Of a stretch of DNA of 64,000 bases, positions 28,249 to 40,494 are shown in pieces (the first letter of the stretch is position 1; each line of letters begins with the position of its first letter). Both the position numbers and the translations under genes were made by a program. The stretch is from Bigelowiella natans CCMP2755 (Eukaryota > Protista > Cercozoa). Under the pieces are notes generated by a model. It had not been told where the DNA came from. It searched no databases and saw only the letters and a list, made by a program, of their open reading frames with translations. The stretch is taken from positions 1 through 64,000 of the forward strand of contig ADNK01001587.1 in the NCBI GenBank assembly GCA_000320545.1, given 5' to 3'.

Positions 28249-28329
28249 GATATTTTACTGCATTTTCCGTGCATTGTACACGGTTTAATGAAAGTGTAAC
28301 CGTTTTCGGGACAGTGTACTGCTCACATA

Positions 28330-29650
28330 TTCCATCTAGTCCTTCTCATGCATATGCTTATAAGGCTATCTCACAAACTGCTTTATTAGGCAACTTGTGC
28401 TAGCATCACTCATGCATGTGTGCGTGCTGCCATGGACGATGTAGAAGTGTCATTGCTCAATATGCATTGCATCCGGCGCTGTATGGTGATGCAAAATCTA
28501 AAGCATGCGCTGACCGCATCATACGTCAAGTCATGCGCGAATCTAGTAATAATTAGACACGTTAGTAGATCTCCGTTCACAATTTAATGCATTAACATTA
28601 TAGACACGTAATATCAACGCATGCTAGCTACCTAACATGCGTGACATGCGTGAAAAGTCTCGAGCATGACTCATCGTCAATAAAGGCATGCTAGTAATCG
28701 TTGCGTAGCACGCCATACACAATCACAGCTATGCGTTCTTACTCCTTGATGTACGTACGTGTAGCGCTTGCTCATACATTTTGCTACTAACCAAACACAC
28801 GTACCGCTATGCGCACAATGATGTGCTTGTTGCTGATAAGACATGCAGCGAGGTCATTTTGTCAAAGGTACCGTAGTAGTAGATGAGGACACAGTCGCAT
28901 CCTTGTGGTGATGTGCTTGGGCACAACTGCACATGTGTCCGAGTTAGATTGGATGCGAAATTGTGTTGATTTCTTCATTTTAATTCACTTCGATTCAGTC
29001 CGCAATGGCGCTAAAAGACAAACCATTGCGGCTCACAATAAAGTCATTACCTGTGTGAACACGTGCTACGCATTTCGTGTGATGTTGACATGCATGCTGC
29101 CTGCATCGTATAGCAGCACAGAGCACAAAAGGTAAGAGCAAGCAATAGCAGCTACACAAATGAGCTTGCACATTTGTGCGCGACAGAATGCGATGACATG
29201 TCGTGCGCATGCGTGTACATGCGTGAATGCGTGAATGCGTGCATGCGCGCGCGCGTGCGTGTGTGTGTGTGTGTGTGCGTGCACGTCAATCTGGCAAACA
29301 TGGACAATATATTGTTCTACTGGCGCCGCAATCGCCTATGTGTTATAGACCTTCTCTCACACATATTTATCAGTGTATACACTAATGATATATGTAGAAA
29401 CGATGCACAAACGAATCTCGCTAATCGAGTTCTGTAAAAAGATGCAATGTTCGGTGTAGCGTGCTCTAATAGGGCTTCAAAGCGTACAGCTATGTTAGAT
29501 GTTCGCAATGATTGGTTTGCGTGTCAGATGCGGTCATAAGGAAAACCCACTGGAGTCTGGCAAGTTTCATTTGCTGCGATGCAATACGTTTCTTATTCCA
29601 TGCCATTCATGCTACAAGGATCACACTGCTACGTGTAAATCTAAGGATAA
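28330..29650. repeat. Palindromic-word-rich convergent-junction spacer
   Basis: CATG/TGCA/GCGC-rich, with a purine-pyrimidine alternating tract at ~29195-29285 and hairpin CCGCAATGG-N14-CCATTGCGG at 29000-29031. Confidence 0.6.
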
Positions 29651-29690
29651 TATTCATTGAATTAAATTTTTCTAACGTCACCACGCCTAT

Positions 29691-30534
29691 CTATTTTTCG
29701 CGAAGTAAGGATGCTACTGCCGGAGCTCCGACCAGTATCGAAACTGTAGAAGCCCACAAAGAGGCGACTAAGAAAGAATCTATATCGTTCCTTGTCTTCT
29801 GGGTCTCCGAATAAGATTTACCGCTACATGTCACCCAGTCGTTCCATTTATTGACGTTTTCGTTCAGCGATAACAGAAGAATTATTTGCATCGATACGAA
29901 GACTATTGCCCCCCAAGTTATGAGAGTCATGCCACAGCAGGAAGGTCTCATCCCAGCACACTTATTTGACCAAACAATTAGGATTATGAACAGAGACAGA
30001 ATACATGCAAATGCTGCTAACAAAGCCAAAACGGATAGAGGAGCATTTTTCCATTCGATGTGCGCTTTATCGCCAGATTTGTACTTGAGTTGCTGAAATT
30101 GTCCATTGCAGCTGTACGTTGCATGTGTTACGTACAAACAGAATGCCTGCGAAGGTAAGTGGGATTATTCACGTTATATTCACATTATTCACATAATTCG
30201 CGTTTGTTTTTCCAAGTGACGGCTACATTTCATATTTTTTTGATAGGTGTACACTTACTGTTGAAATGACGGTGAGGACGAGCCATGCTGAGAAAACGAG
30301 GTTTGTTATTTGAGCTTCGCATCTTTCGGAGCATATCCTCCTTGTCTTTCCGCCTTTGAGCACCAAGCCTGTTGGGTCTACTTGCTCTATTGCTGGCTCT
30401 ACCTCCTCGATTATCGGCGCAAACTTTCTCAATGTTTTCCGCCTTCTTCTCACTGTCGAGCCCTCGTCCTCAACATACCCTTCTTCCAGATGAAAAGCCA
30501 CTTCAGGGATGCAACCCGGGGTCAGCGCAAGCAT
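29691..30534 (-). CDS. Four-transmembrane protein of unknown function (exons 30534-30259 and 30146-29691)
   Basis: A phase-0 GTAAGT...CAG intron joins ...VFSAWLVLTVIST to AFCLYVTHATYSC...; four hydrophobic segments; Cys in both predicted outer loops. Confidence 0.75.
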
Positions 30535-30931
30535 TGCAGAGTTGGAATCTAAGGCTTCAGTCAGTGATATAAGAAGCCCAGGGAAGGTGTTGTAAGAGAG
30601 GCTTGGCAGCACGTGTCCAGCGCCCTGATCGGGGAGGGCACTGACTAACTGATTGAATCGTGGTGCGTTGACGTCAAAGGGAAATGCAGGGGATTTTCGT
30701 GAATTTGTTGGATAACATTACCGGAGCACCAAGGATGGCGTTTTGGTATTTGCGAAGTAGCAAATAATTGAATGATCTCCAAATAATATTGAATGATCTC
30801 TCGAAATGTGACGAATATCGTGGGGGAATCATCGAGACGACATGAAAAAGGGATCAAATTTGAATTGATGACTGGATGGACCTTCTTACATTTTTCTCTG
30901 GGATAAATGGGTCTGGAACAGTCGAATATTC

Positions 30932-31573
30932 ATGTCGCATGCTCTCAATGCTCTCTATCAATCAACATCACCACATTGCTCGTCGACGTTCTCTGCGATG
31001 AACAAAAGTCAAATGGCGATGGGAGATAAAATCCGTGCTGAGGATCTAGACCTCGAGAACTCTGAACAGGAGGGACTGCTCCCGAACAGGGATATCGAGG
31101 AGGTTGTCCTAAATGGCGGAAATGATGGATGCAGGGAGGCTGTTAATAACAGTGTTCTTACCTCATGCGGCATTGCTTACTCAATCCCGTTCGCCCTCTT
31201 CAGCTGGTCTTTCTATGAGAAGCTCAAGGCCGATGCCGGCCAATGCGACCCTGAAACCACCGATACGATGCTTGCCTTGGCCGTCATCAACTTCATCATG
31301 ATGGGTCTGCTCGGACTCAGCTGCATTGCTGGATTGACCCAGAACAAATGTGACGACCTCTTCACCCTCGTGTGCATCCTTTTCTCAGCCCTAGCGGAGG
31401 GCGGTGCGGGGTTTGCCGGTTTGCTATTTGTGCTTAACAACGATCACAAGGACTGCAACAAGGATTTGGTAGCGAGTGTCAAGATCTACACGATTGTCGT
31501 CTTCTTGATTGGTGGTGCTGCGCCTGCAATTTGTCACGTTGCATTGAAAAACTTGGGACTCGCAAAAAAATGA
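30932..31573 (+). CDS. Intronless four-transmembrane protein of unknown function
   Basis: Clean 213-aa ORF with an acidic N-tail, four hydrophobic helices and loop cysteines (QCDP, KDCNK). The true start may be a downstream ATG. Confidence 0.82.
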   Translation: MSHALNALYQSTSPHCSSTFSAMNKSQMAMGDKIRAEDLDLENSEQEGLLPNRDIEEVVLNGGNDGCREAVNNSVLTSCGIAYSIPFALFSWSFYEKLKADAGQCDPETTDTMLALAVINFIMMGLLGLSCIAGLTQNKCDDLFTLVCILFSALAEGGAGFAGLLFVLNNDHKDCNKDLVASVKIYTIVVFLIGGAAPAICHVALKNLGLAKK

Positions 31574-31759
31574 GAAGAATAAAACAGACTCATTAACAAT
31601 GATAAATAGTATGGAGTAACCAACAATGAACAAATAGATGTAGTCACAGAATGATCAGAAAAAACCATGACCTTGAAAATAAAAGTCCATTGATTGCATC
31701 GAGTCAAACTTTGTGAAAGTCAACTAGATAAAGCTAACAAGACCAAAAAGCTAGAGCAA

Positions 31760-32540
31760 ATTGATTCATGTAACCGCCGTGCGATTGCATGATTCGACGC
31801 CATTGATGTGCATTCTTCCAGATTTGTTGCACCCTCGTGCTGCTACACAGCTCCGTCAAACCCGGTGACGACGGGGTTGTGAACAGTGCAGCGCTTTGCG
31901 ACGCGTTTTGAAGCAGTTGAAGTTGGTCAAGGAAAAGTCATCAGAACTTGTCCGATGGCCAAACCTCAAAAAATGACCGAAATGTTTACCAAAATGTCCA
32001 TTTTCAAGGCCTCAAAGTGTGAAAATTCACACCCGTTGTGTAGCGGATGCACGCTGCGCGTTTGTTCTCTGCCACATTTTGAACGCTTTTGCGTGTGCGT
32101 TTGACCAAATGTGACATGCACGAAAAATTTCAAAGCAATGCGAGCAAATCCAATGTCCATTGCATCACATGACGCGCTTGGTCGCGCGCAAAAGCTTCCA
32201 AATGCACATTCTGGCGATTCGTTGCAGGTTTGACGGACTTGTGGCATTGTCAGCACGCTAGCGCGGTGCGCACGCACGTTGTGGACCAGTTGCAACATTT
32301 GCAGGTCGTCGTCGGCACGCAGGTCTAGAGGTCGCTCAGCTGCACTACGCGCCCATCAATGCTTCGTCGCACAAACACGCAACACACACATGCAGTGCAT
32401 GCTGAAGTGTGCGCCATGATTCAGGTGTTGCTCACTTTTTCTTCGATTTCGGGAATCTAGATTTGCTGTGGATTGCACAGCTTCCATGTTCCGGCCGCGC
32501 CGCAGTTTCGACGTTCAACGGGCGGTAGAAATGGGCAGAT
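31760..32540. repeat. Palindromic-word-rich convergent-junction spacer with A-tract core
   Basis: TGCA/GCGC/CATG-rich arms around short A/T tracts at ~31960-32030. Confidence 0.55.
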
Positions 32541-32654
32541 CGCACCCATCATTGTTCCACATTGACAAAATGTGTTCATTGAATTTTTTAGCACAGAAAT
32601 GCGCAGCTACATTTTTCACACGAGACAATTAGCTTGTCTACGACGCTTCCCCAT

Positions 32655-33245
32655 TTATCCAATAGGCCCACCTTTTAGATCATTTTTCATGATTTCACGC
32701 ATTAACATCGTTGCGTATTGCCCCGATTTAAGAGTGAACTCAAACTTCAGAGCTGAAAAAGCAAGTATAATAAATCACGAATTTGCGAAGGCAATTTGAG
32801 TTAGAAAAGAGTTTCTTCTTCGCGATGCTGTCACCACGTCACCACTAGCATAGTTATTAATCGTGTTACCGAATTGAGGCCTTTTACATGAGGTTAAAGT
32901 TGTCATGTCGTCTTTGCCCTGTTTAGACATAACCGAAGAAGATGCATTTGTTTTTTTTCGGTTTGAGGCTGCTGGCTTCTGTGGAGCAGCAATTCGGCAG
33001 CTAATGCGTTTAGATGCTACGGGGATTGACTCGGACTTTTGCTTTCGCTTTTGTCTCGATTTAGACCCAGAACTTTTATTACCCCCTGAATAACTTTTGA
33101 GCCTTCCCCCACCCCTCAGTCTACGAACATCCAAGAGCACATGGCCCATCATTAAGCTAATAAGGGGTGTAGATCGAGCATTCGTTGCGTGAATCTTCGG
33201 CAGCAAAACCACAGAACAGAGCCACAAGCCTAGTGCCGGCGACAT
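32655..33245 (-). CDS. Signal peptide + LRGG + basic linker spliced to only the C-terminal motif of TruD/Pus7 pseudouridine synthase (exons 33245-32870 and 32752-32655); possibly a truncated relic
   Basis: MSPALGLWLCSVVLLPKIHA...VRRLRGGG...KSRQKRKQK...KRPQF, phase-1 intron (gtaac...ttttcag), then ALKFEFTLKSGQYATMLMREIMKNDLKGGPIG*. This matches the TruD/Pus7 terminal FxLxxGxYATxxxRE motif. No GxKD catalytic motif is present. Confidence 0.65.
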
Positions 33246-33538
33246 ATCCAATATGAAATTTGCCACAATCTATTCGATCTTTTCTCCTCTCCATGGAAAG
33301 AAGGAGAGAGAAAAGGAGAGAGGCGAGAGAAGGACACACAAGTTATCCACACGCCTAGGGCGGTGCCGACCGTGGCGTGTAAACTCCGAAGAGGCGGGGG
33401 AATTCCAGTTTTGTACATACGACAATATATTCCATCGTAGAAAGTCCGAAATCCCCCTCTATTTTTGGAATTTTACGATTGACGTTCAAACAGAGTTTAA
33501 GACTCTCAAAACAAAAACTGATCCCCACAGATCTCAAG

Positions 33539-34242
33539 ATGAAACGTGACAGCCAATACATTACACGGAGTGGGGGTAGGAAGAGGAGCAAGATCACGCC
33601 CAAGAGATCCGATTCCTCGCCACCGTTCGACGCCGCAAGCTGTTCTGACCCTACATCACTTCTAGAGCTTGAACCTACATCCGATCATGACGATCTTGCT
33701 GGACAGTGCATAAAGATAATCGCTGGCGATATGCGTGCTGGGAAAGGGAAGGATGGCTGTGTCAGTTATAAAATCGCTTGTAAATGTATTTCCAGCATTT
33801 ACAGTTGGAGGAGTAACCTAGTTGAGTTTGAATTTACTGCTATAATGTGTAGTGGAAAGCTTCCTCCGAAAGTTAATTTGCTTGAGCGAAGGTCGATCTC
33901 TCTGTTTGCGAAGGGACTAGCATATATAATAACACATATATATAACATACTACATATCTATCATATATCGATGGATCAGCTTTCCCCCAAATTTCTACAC
34001 TACTGCTAAATGTTACAGGGTATCGAGTGCGAGCAAGACTGCCTCCACTGAAGGTGAAGGTGGCGAAGGAGGAGGACAATAAGCAACACGATAATAGCGG
34101 CAGCAGGGGAGAATGGGAAGCATCTAGTGAAGAGAGCTATGATGAAATCGACGACGATTGCCGCAAACGACTGCGTTTGTCATCCTCGAATTGTCAAAGC
34201 TACGTCCAGTATAGTTGGAAGGTGGAGCTCTCCTCTCTCTCC

Positions 34243-34282
<40 letters not shown>

Positions 34283-35190
34283 CTGTCTCTCTCCCCCCTC
34301 TTTCTCTCTCTCCCTCATCTACACATGTTGAAAAACAGCTTGCAGTCAGCATCATCACCGTGATCTCGACTCCTCTTCACAGGTGGGAAGTACAGGCCCA
34401 AGCAGTGAAGAAGAAACGTATAGCTCTTCATCCCCTCGTGGTTCTGGATTGAAAAGGCAGAATACTCTACGACAATAACATGATGACTGATCCTTGATTC
34501 ATGAATTAAAAAGAAGCATGCAAAAGAGTCCGTCTGAATATCTTATTTTGATTCCTTGATTCTTTCTATTATTGCCTTTGTTCTTCCATGACATACTCCT
34601 CCTCACGGCCAAGATGCAAAAATCCTTCTAGACACAAGCTGCCTCTATATCGAGAGAAACGTAACACTGATCTCAATGCCCTCATTGACCAAAATCCCAT
34701 TCGTAGCACTGTTGAATATATAATTGAATACAAACACGCATACCCTAAACACACAGAAGAGAGTCCAGAGAGCGATGACGTGAAAACCCAGCGGCGGTCC
34801 AAAAAGATTGTTAGGATCTTTAAGAGAGCCAAAAACATGTTAAACGATGATGGGCAAAGGAAGAAGCAAAGACCTTACTGCCAAGGTACAGGTGCTAAGT
34901 GAGCGCTTGGTGGTGTATCATTGCGTTGTTTGACGAATTGTTTTTCTACAGCGGTCGTGACAAGGGTCGCTGAGGAAGAGAGCTCAGAAGAGCTTTCAGT
35001 GCAATCCAGTTCTGGCGACGAGGAGGAGGAGGAGGAGGAGGAGGGGGAGGAGGAGAGCGAGAGGACATGGCCTCTAATGAAAGACCGAGTCGTATGTAGG
35101 AAAAGGAGGAAGAGAAAGGTTTGCCTCAAGCAACATTGCTCGGTTTATGCGCTACCACAGAACTGGCCTCGAGACGTGCTTTACACGGTA

Positions 35191-35236
<46 letters not shown>

Positions 35237-35547
35237 TTTACATCATATCATTCTAAAGCAATACGCTCATTGTAATATTGCTGCAGCTGACATTGCAAAG
35301 TGCCCCTTAATAATACAAACATCATCGATGTTTTTTACTCAGAATTTGCTCATTCACACGGAAGAGCAACTCTCCATATCAACCAAGGGGCTGGGCAAAG
35401 AACCTCGCAAAGTCTCTAGTAATACAATTTAAAGATAATAGTGTGTTGCATATGGGAGACAGGAAGATCCTCCTTTCCTATAATATTTTATTATTATTCG
35501 CTTGAGTTACATTTGAATATCTATGCCCTTGTCATTATCACACGTTA

Positions 35548-35581
<34 letters not shown>

Positions 35582-35592
35582 TCATCATCGTT

Positions 35593-35625
<33 letters not shown>

Positions 35626-36888
35626 GTCATCATCGTCATCATTTATGTATTCAATATTGTTGCCATTAGTTCAAAATATCACTTCTCGGAGTCACCCCTG
35701 GTCAACGATAACCAACAGAGCGTAGAATAGATAGATGGGGGGGAGGTTCCAAGGGAACCCGTACGTGTTGCTGACCGCCGCAAAATGTTATTACGGATAC
35801 ATTTTAAGCAGTAGCAGTAGAAGCAGATTTGAGGAAGATATTCTATGTGATTTCAATGACACACCGCTATCATCATCAACGTCATCATCATCGTCATCAT
35901 CATCGTCATCATCATCTTTATTTAGCCACCATTAAAAATAGAAAAATTACTTTAGTTGTGGGCAGAAAGGGGTAGTTGCCATGCAGAGTATTGGAAACAA
36001 TGAAAGAATTCTTGACTATACAGGCAGAGTCATCATCGGTACGTGTTACTTGCTCAAATAGGCTGATGATGCAAATGACGCTGCTGCTGAGAATAACATC
36101 TTGACGATTCCAAATCAGCAGCATTCGATTCTTCTGTGACAATTCTCTTCTCCTGCATGATAATGCCTGAGAGCAGCCGTTATTCCTTTCTTCCCTGTGC
36201 ATTATCTATCACACTAACAGTAAGTACGCACAGATCAGGATGAACTCGATTCCACCTCCTCCTACTTGATTCAGTTAAGGGCAGGGATCGATGGTATCAT
36301 TGACCATTTGCAACCACACTAATGATCGCAATTCCTTCCATTTATGAGCCATTTTGCAGCACCGAGCCTACCACCATTGCTGCTTATGCTGCTGCTGCTA
36401 CTTGAATAATACACCACCAGTTGATGCACAGAAGGCAGGGAATGAGAGCAGGTTCATCAACGACTATCGTGGGACAGGTATTGCTCGCATATTATTACGA
36501 CATATTACTGCACTTGTTGCTGTGATATATGTCTTGCTCCGATGCGAGCAGAATGAGAATGATGATAGCCTCTGGATACCGTGAAAATGGGTAGCTTGGA
36601 GGGTTATGTTTATCATATTATTGCTGGTCAGGCAAGCCTCCTAATGTTACTTTCGAACATTACTTCAATCGTGAGGGTGACTTACGTATTGGGATCTTCT
36701 CGAGGAAAAAACTTAGAAAGGGGGAGGAACTTCTGGCTGACTGTAAGTTTAAACGATGTGATGACACACTCAACCCTTCCTCGCGCATTTGCTTATTCTG
36801 ATGGTGTATGCTTGGTGGTCAAAAACAAAATATCTTTACAGACGGACACGAGTATTGGGATAGAATGAAGAAAGCTGCTTGCAACTAA
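33539..36888 (+). CDS. SET-domain lysine methyltransferase-like protein with a long low-complexity N-terminus
   Basis: GQKGVVAMQSIGNNERILDYTGRVII|DQDELDSTSSYLIQLRAGID|VDAQKAGNESRFINDYRGTG|KPPNVTFEHYFNREGDLRIGIFSRKKLRKGEELLAD|YGHEYWDRMKKAACN*. SET motifs RFIN and ELxxDYG are present. Confidence 0.88.
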
Positions 36889-36889
36889 C

Positions 36890-38270
36890 TGTAGCGTCTA
36901 GCGCTGGGCAGAATATGCTATAGAAATCAGCCAGAAACCAAGCTATTTATAGACTTCTACTTTATGTTGGTATTGCAGTCTCTTCTCGCTGGATGTCTAT
37001 CTCTAGCTGAGCACGCCATACTAGCATAGCTGGAACGCGCATGGAATCGCATCTTGATCAATCCTAAAATCCGAAAACTAGAGAATATCCAGATCTAGCC
37101 AGCTAGATATCGACGGACATGGCGAATGCATTGTAGCACTCTAGCTAGCTAGCATTGTGTTGCATTGGGACTACATCATCAAACATCTAGCCCTCGAGCT
37201 AGCTGCTAACTAGGCATCATCTAAACTAACAAACATCATGAAGCTGATGCATGCTAGCATCTAGGCATGCGTAGCTAGATAGCTAGAGCTAACTAGTAGC
37301 TAGGTAGGTCTAGACTAGTAGAGGTGTCTAGGTGTGTCTAGCTCTAGAGCTAGCTAGTGTGTGCAGCAGTGGACTGAATAGCGAGATGGCTAAATCGAAA
37401 CATGTGTGATGAGATGAGCAGCATCACTGTGGTCAGTCTGCGACCACCAAGTGCATGTAGGTGCGCATGCGCATGCATGAGTGCAAATGGAAGTGCACGT
37501 TGTGCTTTGTCACATCTTGCATTTTCATGCAGGCATGCTTGCACAGGTTCAGGCTACATCTACCACAGCTCAGCTAGTCATCGGGGGGCATGCAACGTTG
37601 CCCAGAAACATTGTCACAGGAGGGGGCACGTCTAGACGTGCAGCGGGAAAACATCCATCTCGGTCAGCAAACCGTGGATGTTTTCCAGGAGCACCCTCGG
37701 CATTTCACTTGCGATGAGGAGTCGGCCTGCGTAGCATGACATTTCAGGGAAAAATGGCGGGGATTTTTCCCGAATTTCAGGCAACTGTGACTGCGTGGCA
37801 TGCTGCTGACAGGGATGCTGCTCATGCATGATCAGCTCATGTCACACATTCAACAGGGCATTGGTTTTGTGGATTTGAGCATTGCCAAAGTTTGCACAAG
37901 CACGGTTGTGTTGCTAGCGCTGCGCAATGCAACTGCAATCACCAGCTCTACTAGCTAGCTCCAGAGCTCTAGAGCTAGCTAGTGTGCACAATGCTAGAAT
38001 GAGCCACAAATGACAGCACATCTAGACATGCTAGCATGTAGACATGCTAGCATGCTAGCATGCATTCAGGTGTTCTAGTGTTGTCGCTGGCTAGCTAGCT
38101 AGCTGGCTAGCTGGGCTATCTAGCCATGCATGCATCGTCGATCTATCGAGCCGCGCTGCATTCGTAGCGATATCTCTAGATCTGTACAAAACCAATGACC
38201 TAGCATCATAGCATCATCATTGTTGCGCGGGCTAGCTGGCATTAACACGTGTGAACGCGTCGCCGTATTC
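36890..38270. repeat. Palindromic-word-rich spacer with a hairpin cluster and degenerate inverted arms (possible decayed foldback/MITE)
   Basis: Very dense GCTAGC/CTAG/CATG. Perfect palindrome at 37626-37641, hairpins at 37646-37686 and 37747-37771, 22-bp direct repeat at 37340-37361 and 37965-37986. Confidence 0.7.
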
Positions 38271-38517
38271 AGATTTAAACATACACAAATGAATCTAAGA
38301 GGTTGTAGGAATCGGATGCACCGTCTAAACTAGTAAACACGAAATGACAAACAAACACTTGCACGTCACCGAGCTGTTGACAGTTATGTTTCAAATTATG
38401 TGTAACTTCTAATATACCGTAATTCAAATAAAGTGTCATCTATACAAGGGTTTTTGATTCTGAGATGTACATAGCAATTCATGAATTGCTTCAAAATATC
38501 AGGTGAAACTATTCCAG

Positions 38518-40413
38518 TCACTCTGCCCCTCCGAAATAGGATTCCTGCAGTTTATGGCTGTTGGGTGTTACCTCTACTGAAACCAAATTTTCTGAGGTAA
38601 CCGTATCTACAGTTGAGGCACGGTTACGTTTTGGATGATTTGCGTCGATTCTTTTCTGAGCGTTCATATAGCTTCGTTGATTTACACCATATTCCAAGCC
38701 CTTTGAAACTCCCGCTTGAGTCCTTTTTGTAAGGTGGTTAATGGGGTCTTTTTCTTCAGAAATCTAATTGTATAGCATTAAAAAAAATACTCTTGGAAAA
38801 AACGTCGAAATGTTGGAAAACACATCAGAATGCTCAAATTTTGATAAGAAGTCTTTGGAAATGTCACCGTTCTAAAATTGGCGCCATTCGCTAGAATACG
38901 CCAACGTAGTATGTATATTGTAAATTGGAGGAGTTTTCGAAATATAATATAACCGATTTTTGTCGAAGCGAATCCTTCCTGTAAAAACTATCAATAAGTT
39001 TGTGCTCATCATTCAGTTTCTCCTTTTGTGCTTGTTGTTCCATTTCCTGACAGGCCTTTGGGCGTGCACCTTTAACTTTATCCTTTGGTTTATCTGAGAT
39101 ACTAATTGCAGTATCTCTGTTCAACTCTCTAGTAGGATCAGCGTTCCTACCTCCCATTATCCAACCGATCCATGAACGTTTTCCAGATATACTTTCGCTA
39201 CTAAAGCTTCTTGCTAGGGTTCTGAAACTTCTACTAGTACTTGAATTTGATAAAGAATTTTCTTTCTTACTTCGTCTTTTTAAGCTTCCAAATTTAGATG
39301 TGATTGCGACTTTGACCGAAGTACCAAAGCTTCCTAAAATATATATTTATTATTTGAAATTTGAGGGAATTGTTTAAAAGTGAAGACATAACTTGCTGCC
39401 ATTTCTGTATCATTGTGCAAGTAGTCGCCGCGGTTGTGAAGCTTGGACTGTAACGGTTCGGTTTTCTTCAATTTCTTAACGAATTTCGTTACAGCTGTCG
39501 TTGAAGCAATTTTAGGTGGTAATCCATGGGGCGAAGATGGGGCAGGGTCAGGAGGCTGTCCCATACTAGCTATAAGTGCACGAAGAGCAAATGGAGGGGT
39601 TCTCGAACCTCCGCGATTCATGAGTGTGACGCATGGTTGCGATCGATGATGTGTTTTTACAATACCAGCTCTGGATCCATGTTCCGAAATTTTAGGAGGT
39701 GGCTCAACAAAGAAAGTAGTTGCCTTCCGGGGACCTGGTGTCAAAGCTCTATTCACTTCTTTAGGAGGCAGTGATACTCTGTGAGAACTTGATGTGTTTT
39801 TAGGCGTTGAAAAATGAAACCGTCCAGCTTGGTAGCCGCCAATGAATGAGGACATTGTACTCGGCGCCGTTCCAACAGTGAAAATAGATATTTTGTTGTG
39901 GAGAAGTTGTTCTTGACTCGTTTGATTGGATTTAGAATGTGAATTCCCTTGAATTGGCATGCGCAGATACTTTACACCGTCCTCTGACGTCCTATGTATT
40001 ATAATTTTAGGTGCTAGGATATGTGAAAAGAATTAATACATCGGTTTACTTCTTTCCTTCCTCTGAACCGTTGCTAGCGGCCTCATATTCCTCAAAGCTT
40101 GAGTTTTTATGAGTATCCTTCGCATTGTTTTTTTTGCCTAAGATATCACAATCGCAGTGCGGGTTTTGTTGTCTGACGATTTTAGTATCCAGAAGATCAG
40201 AGCACTCCGAGTCACGGAAGACTTTCTGCAAAAAGATAAATTCAATTTGTAAGCATCTTCAATAAAATGTAAAACATGACTCTAAGAAACTACATTTTTA
40301 TTGCACACGTCGCGGAGAGCCAAATGGATTCGCCGCAACGATCCCTGTTCATGGAATTGAGATGAAGAGTCTCATATTCGAATCTAGCTAAACATGATAG
40401 CATGGCACAGTTG

Positions 40414-40449
<36 letters not shown>

Positions 40450-40450
40450 T

Positions 40451-40494
<44 letters not shown>

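Noticed and set aside
33700-33790. Possible chromodomain at the N-terminus of the SET protein
   Set aside because: The aromatic-cage residues are not recoverable in any plausible splice.
37350-37829. Cys/His/Ala/Met-rich ORFs inside the palindrome spacers (also at 29.0-29.4, 32.0-32.3, 56.4-56.8 and 63.7-64.0 kb)
   Set aside because: Their composition follows from CATG/TGCA words; no domain or splice support.
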